This document shows, piece by piece, positions 1-7,325 of a stretch of 11,344 bases of DNA. The translations under genes and the position numbers were made by a program. This DNA is from Vulcanimicrobiota bacterium (GTDB taxonomy: Bacteria > Vulcanimicrobiota > Vulcanimicrobiia > Vulcanimicrobiales > Vulcanimicrobiaceae). Below the pieces are notes generated by a model, which saw only the letters and a list, made by a program, of their open reading frames with translations, ran no database searches and was not told the DNA's origin. Position 1 is the first letter of the stretch. Each line of letters begins with the position of its first letter. The stretch covers positions 1 through 11,344 of the forward strand of contig PLCF01000046.1 of NCBI GenBank assembly GCA_003135555.1. Reading direction: 5' to 3'.

Positions 1-72
1 AGTGATCTTGCCGCGTCAGCGTACGCGGCGGCAGTGCCAGGTGTCCGGCACAGAGGACCGGGGACCCTTGGG

Positions 73-369
73 TCAGTCGTCCTTGCGGATGACGATCTGG
101 CGCAGGACCGACTCGTTGAGGCGCAGGCGCCGCTCGAGCTCCTTGGCCTGATCGGGCTCGCTCTTGAAGTGCATCACGACGTAGTAGCCCTCGCGGACGT
201 CGTCGATCTCGTAGGCCAGCCGGCGCTTGCCAAGCTTCTCGAGCTCGCCGACGATCTCGCCGCCGCGGGTCTTGAGGTCGTCGGCGATCGCCGTGGAGCG
301 CTCGTCGACCTCGGTCTCCTCCAAGCTCGGGCGCAAAATATAGGTGACTTCGTAGTCGGTGACTGGCAT
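73..369 (-). CDS. rpsF: 30S ribosomal protein S6 (98 aa)
   Basis: MPVTDYEVTYILRP...LGKRRLAYEI...EGYYVVMHF...LERRLRLNESVLRQIVIR matches bS6 motifs. ATG at 369 is preceded by AGAGAGGG (SD-like). The longer ORF starting at 450 includes leader RNA. Confidence 0.97.
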   Translation of the reverse strand: MPVTDYEVTYILRPSLEETEVDERSTAIADDLKTRGGEIVGELEKLGKRRLAYEIDDVREGYYVVMHFKSEPDQAKELERRLRLNESVLRQIVIRKDD

Positions 370-371
370 AG

Positions 372-430
372 GCCCTCTCTGGACGCCGGCGGAGCCGGCG
401 GCCCGGCGCAAGCGGCCGGGCAGCGGGAAG
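372..430 (-). promoter_or_regulatory. S6:S18 ribosomal protein leader (autoregulatory RNA element)
   Basis: Minus strand reads CTTCCCGCTGCCCGGC-cgcttgc-GCCGGGCCGC...AGAGAGGG-cct-ATG: a GCCC/GGGC hairpin followed by CCG, and a pyrimidine 5' arm able to pair with the SD, as in the known rpsF leader. Confidence 0.7.
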
Positions 431-466
431 TCTCGGGGCGCCGGAGGCACCGCGGAGAACCCCCGG

Positions 467-496
467 ATCGTATCACGCGCTCGTTAACGGCGGCAA
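467..496 (-). promoter_or_regulatory. sigma70-type promoter for rpsF
   Basis: Minus strand TTGCCG (496-491), N18, TACGAT (472-467), with an extended -10 TG (TGaTACGAT). Confidence 0.65.
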
Positions 497-574
497 GCGC
501 GGGTACGCTCCTGAGGACCGTCCCAGGGAAAAGTCCCAATGTTTACGGAGGTCCGCCCCTCCGGGAGTAGCTGC

Positions 575-3500
575 TTGTCGATCGCCGATTTCGCCGTCAC
601 CCGCCGCGTGACGGTCGCCATGATGGCTTGCGCCATCGTCCTGCTGGGGCTGTTCGCCCTGCCTCGGCTCCCGGTCGCGCTGCTCCCGACCTTCCAACCG
701 CCCGTCGTCTCGGTCACGGTCAACTACGGCAACACCGCGCCGTACACGATGGAATCGACGGTCACGCGGCCGATCGAAAACGCCGTCAGCCGCGTCTCGG
801 GCATCGACTATCTGCAGTCGAACTCGTTCACCGGCCAGACCGTCGTCCGCGCGACCTTCAAGTACGGCACCAACATCAACGTCGCGGCGACCGACATTCA
901 ACAGCAGATCGCGCGCGCCGCAACCCAGCTCCCCAACGACCCCAACCTCTCGCAACCGCAGATCGTTAAAGCCGATCCCAACGCGCTGCCCGTGGTGCGC
1001 CTCTCGGTCACCGACCCGACCCGCCCGCAGCGCGACCTGTACGACCTGTTCAACAACCAGCTCGCCGACGAGTTCGCCGGCGTGAGCGGCGTGGGTTCGG
1101 TCAGCGTCTTCGGCGGCGCGCAGCGCGCGATCATGGTCGAGACCGATGCCAACGTTCTGGCCGGATACGGCCTCGATACGAACGCGGTCGTCAACAAGAT
1201 CAAGAACGAAAACGTCGATGCGCCGGCCGGGTTGCTCGCGATCGGACCCAAAGAGTTCACGATTCGCGCGAACTCGCTCTACCAGAACGCCGCCCAGGTG
1301 GCGAGCACCGTGCTGGCCGTCAAGAACGGCGCACCGGTCTACATCCGCGACGTCGCCCGCGTCACCGACGGGATTCAAGAGATCCGTTCGTTCGCTCGGC
1401 TCGACGGGGTGCCGTCGATCGGCATGTCGATCACCGCCCAACCCGATGCGAACGTCATCGCCGTCTCCGACGGCGTCTACGCCAAGATCGCCGACTTCCA
1501 GAAGCGCTATCCGACGATGCACTTCGGCGTCGTCTTCGACCAACAGGGGTTCATCCGCAGCGCCGTCGATGCACTGGTGCACACCGCGATCTACGGCGCG
1601 ATCCTGGCGGTCCTGATCATCCTGCTGTTCCTGCACTCGTTGCGCTCGACGCTCATCGTTGCGATCTCGCTTCCGATCTCCGTCATGGGGACGTTCTTCG
1701 CGGCGTACATGCTCAACCAGTCGCTCAACATCATGACGCTGGGCGGCTTGGCACTCGCGGTCGGCCTGATCGTCGACGACGCGGTCGTCGTCATCGAGAA
1801 CATCTACCGCCACTTGGCCGAGGGCGAGGCGCCGCGTGAAGCGGCGCGCAACGCGACGGCCCAGATCTTCATGGCCGTCCTGGCGTCGACCGTCACCGTC
1901 GTCACGGTCTTCATACCGCTGCTGCTCATCCCAGGCTTGCAAGGGTTGATCTTCGGTCCGTTCGCGCTGGTCATCATCGTCGGCGTCGCGATATCGCTGC
2001 TCGTCGCCACGACCACCGTGCCGATGCTTTCGAGCATCATGCTCGACCGCAGCAGCGCGCACGCCGGCGCGCACGAGGGTGCCGAAGCCGCCCCACTGGG
2101 TCCGTATCAGCGCTTCAGCGCCGGCTTCGACCGCTTGTACGGCCACTTCGAGGGCGGATACAAGAAGCTGCTCGGCGCGGCAATCGACCGGCCGGCGATC
2201 GTGCTCGGCACGGGCCTCGTTCTGCTGGCTCTGGCAATCATCGCGGTGAAAGTCGGCGTCGTGAAGACCGAGACGTTCCCCGCCTCGTCGTCACGTTTCG
2301 TGCGCATCAACGTGCGCACGCCCAACGGCACGTCGGTCGCCGTTACCAACCAAGTCTCGCAAAAGGTCGAGGATGCGCTGCGTGCCGACCCCAACGTCGC
2401 GGACGTCTCGGTTTCGGTCGGTTCGGCGTTCGGTGGCGGCGGCACGCGCCTGGTCACCAATCAAGCCTCGATGGCGGTCGCGCTTAAACCGAACATTCGC
2501 GGCCGGGCCGCCGACGATTTCGTCGTCCAGTGGCAGCAGCGCTTGGGCGGACTGGTGCGGCGCAGCGGCGCCTCGCAGACCGCGCCGAGCAGTCAGGTTG
2601 CGGCGGAACGCGCGAAGTACCGCCCGCTGCGCCGCGCTCTCATCGGCACGACGGTCTCAGCGAGCAGCATCGACATCGTGCAGCAGACGGTCAGTCAGGG
2701 CTCCGACGCCGTCGCGATCCAGCTCTACGGCCCCGACATCAACAAGCTGTACAGCCTCGGGCAAGGCGCGCTTCCGCTGCTCTCCGAGATCCCCGGAATC
2801 GTCCGCCCCGATACCAACGTGACGCCGTCGCAGCCCGAGGTCGACATCAACGTCGACCGCCGCGTCGCCGCGCAGCTCGGATTGTCGAGCGGCGACATCG
2901 CCAACATCATCTCGACCGCGACGAGCGGAACGATCGCCTCGTACTGGCAGACCAACGGAACGCAGTACCCGATCCTGGTGCAGCTGCCGGCGGCCCAGCG
3001 CCGTTCGCTCGACTCGCTCAAGACGATGCTGATCCAGCCCAACGCCGCCGCGCAGGGCGCGATCACGGCCGGCGGCGGCGCGGCGACGGCCGGTGCCTCG
3101 GGCACCGGCGCCGCCGCGAGCGGGGAGTCGTCGCAGTCGCTCAACGCGGTACCCCTTTCGGGCGTCGCGCAGATCACGCTGGGCCAAGGCCCGTCGCAGA
3201 TCCCGCGCCAGAACAAAGCGCGCTACGTGGAGATCGACGCGCCGGTGATCGGCGCGACGCTGGGCGAGGTGCTCGCGCAGGCCACCCAGGTGATGGACAA
3301 CTATCGGCTGCCGGCGGGTTACCGCTGGCAATACGGTCCCGCCGTCACCCAGAACACCAGCCAGTTCCAGGCGCTGACTCTGGTCGTCATCCTCGCGATC
3401 GCGCTGATCTATATGCTTTTGGCGTCGCAGTTCGAGTCGTTCCTCGATCCGCTGGTCATCATGACGGCGGTTCCGTTCGCGGTGATCGGCATCATCGCGT

Positions 3501-3952
3501 CGCTGTGGATCACCCATCGCGCGTTCGGGCTGACCGCGTTCATCGGGTCGCTGATGCTGGTCGGGATCGCGGTCAAGAACGCGATTTTGGTCGTGGAGTT
3601 CACCAAGCAGCTGCGGCGCGACGAAGGCTACGACGCGCGCGAAGCGCTCATGCATGCGGGGCCGATGCGTCTGCGCCCGATCCTCATGACGACGCTGGCG
3701 ACGCTGGGCGGCATGCTGCCCATCGCGATCGGGCTAGAGTCGGGCTCGGAGACGCAAGCGCCGCTGGGCACCGTCGTCATCGGCGGACTCATCACCTCGA
3801 CCTTGCTTTCGCTCGTCGTGGTGCCGACGATCTACCTGTGGGTCGCCCGGCACATCGAACCGCGCTTCTTGCCCAAGCCGCCGTCGTTGCGGCGCCGCGG
3901 CGGCGACGGTCGTACCGTCGTCGAGAAGCCCGAGACCGTTCCCGCAGGCTGA
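575..3952 (+). CDS. RND efflux transporter permease subunit (AcrB/AcrD/AcrF family), about 1125 aa
   Basis: Motifs LPVALLP, VTRPIENAV, TM4 GLIVDDAVVVIENI, LASQFES, TM10 VKNAILVVEF, RLRPILMTT, PLGTVVIGGL. TTG start at 575 (MSIADFAVTRRVT) follows GGGAG at 563-567; the upstream ATG at 539 is an alternative. Confidence 0.93.
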   Translation: MSIADFAVTRRVTVAMMACAIVLLGLFALPRLPVALLPTFQPPVVSVTVNYGNTAPYTMESTVTRPIENAVSRVSGIDYLQSNSFTGQTVVRATFKYGTNINVAATDIQQQIARAATQLPNDPNLSQPQIVKADPNALPVVRLSVTDPTRPQRDLYDLFNNQLADEFAGVSGVGSVSVFGGAQRAIMVETDANVLAGYGLDTNAVVNKIKNENVDAPAGLLAIGPKEFTIRANSLYQNAAQVASTVLAVKNGAPVYIRDVARVTDGIQEIRSFARLDGVPSIGMSITAQPDANVIAVSDGVYAKIADFQKRYPTMHFGVVFDQQGFIRSAVDALVHTAIYGAILAVLIILLFLHSLRSTLIVAISLPISVMGTFFAAYMLNQSLNIMTLGGLALAVGLIVDDAVVVIENIYRHLAEGEAPREAARNATAQIFMAVLASTVTVVTVFIPLLLIPGLQGLIFGPFALVIIVGVAISLLVATTTVPMLSSIMLDRSSAHAGAHEGAEAAPLGPYQRFSAGFDRLYGHFEGGYKKLLGAAIDRPAIVLGTGLVLLALAIIAVKVGVVKTETFPASSSRFVRINVRTPNGTSVAVTNQVSQKVEDALRADPNVADVSVSVGSAFGGGGTRLVTNQASMAVALKPNIRGRAADDFVVQWQQRLGGLVRRSGASQTAPSSQVAAERAKYRPLRRALIGTTVSASSIDIVQQTVSQGSDAVAIQLYGPDINKLYSLGQGALPLLSEIPGIVRPDTNVTPSQPEVDINVDRRVAAQLGLSSGDIANIISTATSGTIASYWQTNGTQYPILVQLPAAQRRSLDSLKTMLIQPNAAAQGAITAGGGAATAGASGTGAAASGESSQSLNAVPLSGVAQITLGQGPSQIPRQNKARYVEIDAPVIGATLGEVLAQATQVMDNYRLPAGYRWQYGPAVTQNTSQFQALTLVVILAIALIYMLLASQFESFLDPLVIMTAVPFAVIGIIASLWITHRAFGLTAFIGSLMLVGIAVKNAILVVEFTKQLRRDEGYDAREALMHAGPMRLRPILMTTLATLGGMLPIAIGLESGSETQAPLGTVVIGGLITSTLLSLVVVPTIYLWVARHIEPRFLPKPPSLRRRGGDGRTVVEKPETVPAG

Positions 3953-3957
3953 TCCGC

Positions 3958-3991
3958 TACGCCCGCGTGCGAGGGTTGACACGCGGGCGTA
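3958..3991 (+). terminator. 12-bp inverted repeat after the RND stop; possible terminator or operator overlapping the next promoter
   Basis: TACGCCCGCGTG (3958-3969) and CACGCGGGCGTA (3980-3991) are perfect complements. Only a weak U-tract (CAATTCT) follows. Confidence 0.5.
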
Positions 3992-3995
3992 CAAT
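3990..3995 (+). promoter_or_regulatory. -10 element for the M-box transcript
   Basis: TACAAT placed so that transcription would start near 4002, just before the aptamer at 4007. Confidence 0.55.
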
Positions 3996-4006
3996 TCTAG
4001 AGGACA

Positions 4007-4169
4007 TCCTCGTTAGGTGAGGCGTCCGCGCGAACACAGGCTGCTGCCCGGAAAGGTCGAGAGACCCCAATGGGTGACCAGGCCCCGCCGAATCAAGGCG
4101 GGATCTAACGCAGCTGAGACGATGATCTCGTCTCTACGGCGCGCGGTGCCGAACCCTCGACGTTGAGGA
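4007..4169 (+). ncRNA. M-box (ykoK leader) Mg2+-sensing riboswitch aptamer
   Basis: Conserved blocks in correct order: CGTTAGGTGAGGC, GCTGCTGCCC, GGTCGAGAGACCCCAATGGGT, CCCGCC-GAATCAA-GGCGGG, TAACGCAGCTG, GTGCCGAACCCTCGACG. Stems TCCTC/GAGGA, CCGCGCG 4026-4032/CGCGCGG 4140-4146, and GAGACGA/TCGTCTC 4116-4134. Confidence 0.93.
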
Positions 4170-4202
4170 GTACGGTGGCCTTCGAGGTCGCCACACTGTT
4201 CG

Positions 4203-4237
4203 GCCGTCGAGATCGCGAGCGATCCGGCGGTTTTTTT
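4203..4237 (+). terminator. Intrinsic terminator of the M-box expression platform
   Basis: GCCGTCG-A-GATCG-cgag-CGATC-CGGCGGT stem ending in a T7 tract (4231-4237). Confidence 0.88.
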
Positions 4238-4279
4238 GATTTTCGGCCAGTTCGGCCCGAGAGGAGGTGAGGTTCAGCG

Positions 4280-4381
4280 ATGGACGGCGGCAGTAGCGGC
4301 ACCGGCAATCAACCGCCTTGGTGCAGGCGGCAACTATGCTCGCGCGTCGTCCGTGATGACGCGCCACCACACAGGGAGTAG
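4280..4381 (+). CDS. Possible 33-aa small ORF (MDGGSSGTGNQPPWCRRQLCSRVVRDDAPPHRE)
   Basis: Strong SD GGAGGTGA at 4263-4270 before ATG 4280. Its 3' end overlaps the SD of the next ORF. No recognisable homology. Confidence 0.3.
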   Translation: MDGGSSGTGNQPPWCRRQLCSRVVRDDAPPHRE

Positions 4382-4385
4382 CGTC

Positions 4386-4601
4386 ATGCTGAACCTCATC
4401 CTGTCGCGCGCCCGCGCGGCTCAACTCGACGCGCACGTGCGCGCCATCGACACGCAACGCCGTCGCGCCGACCGGGCGGCCGCGGCGGCCAAGATGACCG
4501 GACCGCCGCCCGCGCGCACGCCGCGCGGCGATCCGGGCGACGTCACCGGAGCCGGCCTCGTCGTCGTCCGGGTTGTCCAGCTCGCGCTGCAGGACGACTA
4601 G
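4386..4601 (+). CDS. Small hypothetical protein, 71 aa (MLNLILSRARAAQLDAHVRAIDTQRRR...VVVRVVQLALQDD)
   Basis: AGGGAG at 4373-4378, 7 nt before ATG 4386. GC3-rich codons. The TAG stop overlaps the GGAG SD of the 4613 gene. Confidence 0.65.
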   Translation: MLNLILSRARAAQLDAHVRAIDTQRRRADRAAAAAKMTGPPPARTPRGDPGDVTGAGLVVVRVVQLALQDD

Positions 4602-4612
4602 GAGCGGAAACG

Positions 4613-6577
4613 ATGCCGTTGCTGGAATCTCGGGGGATGCGCCGCGTCGCGATCCTCGGTTTGGCCACGGCCGCGGCCGCGGCGGTGTCGATCGCTACGC
4701 CGACGCCGGCACGGGCGCAAACCACGCCCGCACCATCAGCGTCGCCGTCCGGACCGCCATCGCCGGCTCCATCCCCATCCCCGTCGCCGCGTCCCGGTAC
4801 CCTGCGCGTTGCGCTCGACGCGCACCTGACGTTCGTGTCGCAGGGCACGCGCGGGCCGGGGATCGCGCCGGCTGAAGCCGGCGGCTTCGCCAACGGCGAC
4901 CCGCTCTCACCGCTCACGCCGTACGACGTCTTTTCGAGCGCACCGCTCGTTCCGGGCAACGCGGCGGAGTCTGCACTCTACCTGCGGCCCGCGTACTTCG
5001 GACGGGCGTTCGATGCGACGCTCACGCTCGCGGCAGGCTACGTGCGCGGCAGCGTCACCAACGCCGCGTTCTGGGGTGAGTCGTTGCCGCCGACGTTCAA
5101 CCCGCATCTCGGCGCGCAGCAACTCCCGTACCGCATCGTGTTTCCGGCGCACGCGGGCGCCGACGACGGCACGGCTTTTGTGACGTCCGTGCTGGCCGGC
5201 GGCATCGCGACCAAAGACGGCAACCTCGCGCTCAAAGCCGGCTGGTTCGACTTGACGCAAACGGCGCCGTTCGTGTTCGTGCAGCCGGCGGTGCCCAATG
5301 CAGCCCCCGCGATCGGGATTGCAACGGCCGAAACGCTGGGTGACGGCTCGCCGTCGCTCTACGGCTGGCCGGCACCCGCGACGACGTTGCCGCTGCACGG
5401 CGTCGACCTCGTTGCCAAGCGCGGCCTCGCGACGCTCGAGCTCAGCGACGCCGCGCTGCCCGCGTTGCCCGGCACGCCGGCGCGCCTGATTTCGGGCTCG
5501 TTGACGATCGATCACGGCGAGGGCACGCGCTACGCGGCGCAATACGTGCATGTCGGCACGGGCGGCGACCTCGTGGCCACGACCGTACTGTACGGCGCGA
5601 ACGGCAAGCTCGCGTTCGGCCCGCAAGGTCCGCTGCCGTCGGCGACGATCGGCGGACAGCGCCAGCGCATCTACGGCCTGAGCGCCACGTTCCACGCCAA
5701 CCGCGCGCTCGACGCGGTCGTCGAGCTCGGCCACTCGACCTATGACGCCGACGCCGTCGCCGAACCGGGGACCGGGAAGGCGGGCAACTACGTGCACCTG
5801 GGTGCGACCCGCACGGCCGGACGCGCCAGCGTCACGCTGGACCTGTACCGCAACGAAGCGTACTACGCCAACGCGCTGTTGCCGTACGGCGTGCCGGAGA
5901 ACGTCTGGAGCGTCGCGTGGTCGTGGCCGGGTCAGTGGCTCAAGTCGAACTACCAGCTCATCAACGACTTCCCCGTCAACATCGACCGCCAGGGGTACCG
6001 CGTGAAGTTCAATCTCAAGCGCGGCGACGGCCCGCTCGACGTGCGCGCAGCCTACGCGAACTTCGTGGAGATCGACCCGATCACGATCGCCAACGCGCTG
6101 CGGACCGGCTTCATCGACGGATTCTTTCTGCCGCAGGCCGATAGCGCGGCGACGCTGGGGCGCCAGCAACAATACCTCTTCTTCGCCGGCTGGCACCCGC
6201 GTTTCGGCGACCTGACCTTCGACTACGCCGAGGACACGATGCGGCGACCCGCGGTCCCCGGCCACCCGCAAGACACCGTCTCGTACGACAATCCCGAAGC
6301 GGTGCTGACCTTCGCGCGGCGCATCGGGCCGCGCACGCAGCTCTCGTTGGGACTCGCACGATACGGGATGCGCGGCAGCTTCGGTCAGGCATACACCAAC
6401 ATCGATTTCGCCGAACGCGTCGCGTTCGCCGGGATCCAGCTGGCACAGAGCCCGCACGCTACGGCGCTCATCAGCGTGCGCCGAACGGCGTTCGGCGGCA
6501 TCCCCAGCATGCTGGGCGGACCGCCCCCCGACTTCACCGGCACGCTGTTCGTGTTCGAGCAGCGCTACAAGCTCTGA
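4613..6577 (+). CDS. Secreted protein, probable outer-membrane beta-barrel/porin-like (654 aa)
   Basis: Signal peptide (MRRVAILGLATAAAAAVSI...ARA|Q), Pro/Ser linker, many amphipathic strand-like segments (YGLSATFH, YVHLGATR, GYRVKFNL, QLSLGLARY) and a terminal strand LFVFEQRYKL resembling a beta-signal. The start could instead be the in-frame ATG at 4637. Confidence 0.75.
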   Translation: MPLLESRGMRRVAILGLATAAAAAVSIATPTPARAQTTPAPSASPSGPPSPAPSPSPSPRPGTLRVALDAHLTFVSQGTRGPGIAPAEAGGFANGDPLSPLTPYDVFSSAPLVPGNAAESALYLRPAYFGRAFDATLTLAAGYVRGSVTNAAFWGESLPPTFNPHLGAQQLPYRIVFPAHAGADDGTAFVTSVLAGGIATKDGNLALKAGWFDLTQTAPFVFVQPAVPNAAPAIGIATAETLGDGSPSLYGWPAPATTLPLHGVDLVAKRGLATLELSDAALPALPGTPARLISGSLTIDHGEGTRYAAQYVHVGTGGDLVATTVLYGANGKLAFGPQGPLPSATIGGQRQRIYGLSATFHANRALDAVVELGHSTYDADAVAEPGTGKAGNYVHLGATRTAGRASVTLDLYRNEAYYANALLPYGVPENVWSVAWSWPGQWLKSNYQLINDFPVNIDRQGYRVKFNLKRGDGPLDVRAAYANFVEIDPITIANALRTGFIDGFFLPQADSAATLGRQQQYLFFAGWHPRFGDLTFDYAEDTMRRPAVPGHPQDTVSYDNPEAVLTFARRIGPRTQLSLGLARYGMRGSFGQAYTNIDFAERVAFAGIQLAQSPHATALISVRRTAFGGIPSMLGGPPPDFTGTLFVFEQRYKL

Positions 6578-6596
6578 ACCGCGCGACAGCGACGCG

Positions 6597-7151
6597 TCAC
6601 TCGCCCAAGTAGAGTCCTTCGAACATCGCGTCGATAGGATAAGCGAACCCGGGCAGCGCCGCGTGCACCACTGTCTCGCCGGGGCCGAACCGCGTGGTCT
6701 GCGCCGTGCTGGTGGCGGGGTCGAGAGCATGCACGATCACCGTGCGCCGTGGCGGATCGACGACGAACACCACGGTGGTACCCGCGGCGAGATACGCGCC
6801 GATCTTCCAGTTCAGCACGCGCTCTGGTTCGCCGGATGACAGGATCTCGACGGCGACTTCCGGCGCGCGCGGCGGCAGCTCAGAGGCAGCGGGTCCGAGC
6901 GCATCGAGCGCTTCGTTCGACAGGTACGCGACATCGGGAACGAGCGACGCGAAGCGATGACCCGGCGCGGTAAACTCGTGACGCCACTCGTGATACGCGT
7001 CGCCGCGCCCATCCGACCAAGCTTTCAAAGCCACCGTCCAGCGGGACTCTAGTTCCTGATGCCGCCGCTTACCGCTAATCTTCTGCACCAGCCGGCCGTC
7101 GACGAGCTCAATCGCCGGCTTGGTCTCGGGGATCTCGACGCGAGCCAACAA
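6597..7151 (-). CDS. Uma2 family (DUF820) PD-(D/E)xK endonuclease, about 184 aa
   Basis: ELVDGRLVQK...H, PDVAY, PEVAVEILS, K...YLAAGTTVVFVVDP, LPGF motifs. GGAGG at 7162-7158 precedes TTG at 7151 (or 7148). Confidence 0.9.
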   Translation of the reverse strand: MLARVEIPETKPAIELVDGRLVQKISGKRRHQELESRWTVALKAWSDGRGDAYHEWRHEFTAPGHRFASLVPDVAYLSNEALDALGPAASELPPRAPEVAVEILSSGEPERVLNWKIGAYLAAGTTVVFVVDPPRRTVIVHALDPATSTAQTTRFGPGETVVHAALPGFAYPIDAMFEGLYLGE

Positions 7152-7191
7152 TGCAAACCTCCGCAATTCTCGAGCAGAATGTAAGCGACCC

Positions 7192-7206
7192 GGAAGCACA
7201 ACAAGG
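7192..7206 (+). repeat. Direct repeat copy 1 (GGAAGCACAACAAGG)
   Basis: 13/15 identical to 9766-9780. Confidence 0.55.
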
Positions 7207-7310
7207 AATTGAGTTGTGTTCGCGTGTCACCAATCTGCGAGTCCATAGGCGACTTTGATACAAACGCAGTGTTCGGGGCTGCACTATGCCATACCCTTGG
7301 CACGACAGCT

Positions 7311-7319
7311 TGGTATTCT
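7311..7319 (+). promoter_or_regulatory. Extended -10 promoter upstream of tnpB
   Basis: TG-G-TATTCT at 7311-7319. An in-frame GTG at 7326 lies near the expected +1. Confidence 0.45.
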
Positions 7320-7325
7320 TCGCGT

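Noticed and set aside
370..450. 27-aa N-terminal extension of S6 in the ORF track
   Set aside because: Overlaps the leader RNA; S6 homology and the SD point to ATG 369.
508..570. CAGGGAAAAGTCCC and CGGAGG/CCTCCG hairpin in the RND leader, resembling part of an FMN or cobalamin riboswitch
   Set aside because: The region is too short and the other conserved blocks are missing.
563..571. GGGAGTAGC shared by the RBS of the RND gene and of the 4386 ORF (4374-4382)
   Set aside because: Mostly SD core; the extra 4 nt could be chance. Used only as mild support for both starts.
473..4020. Long overlapping ORFs (473-2146 minus, 2530-4020 plus, 2657-3655 minus)
   Set aside because: Shadow frames of the high-GC RND gene with no protein-family motifs.
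4007..4240. SRP RNA, 6S RNA or lysine riboswitch interpretation of the intergenic RNA
   Set aside because: The motif order matches the M-box, and I see none of the hallmarks of those RNAs.
5817..5827. 11-nt match CCGGACGCGCC between the candidate TnpB guide (8646-8656) and the barrel gene
   Set aside because: An 11-mer of almost all G/C is plausible by chance here, and the match does not extend.
4907..6730. 607-aa minus-strand ORF
   Set aside because: Antisense shadow of the 4613-6577 gene, which has the SD, signal peptide and codon bias.
7209..7325. N-terminal extension of TnpB from 7209
   Set aside because: No TnpB-like or TnpA-like features; overlaps the likely promoter.
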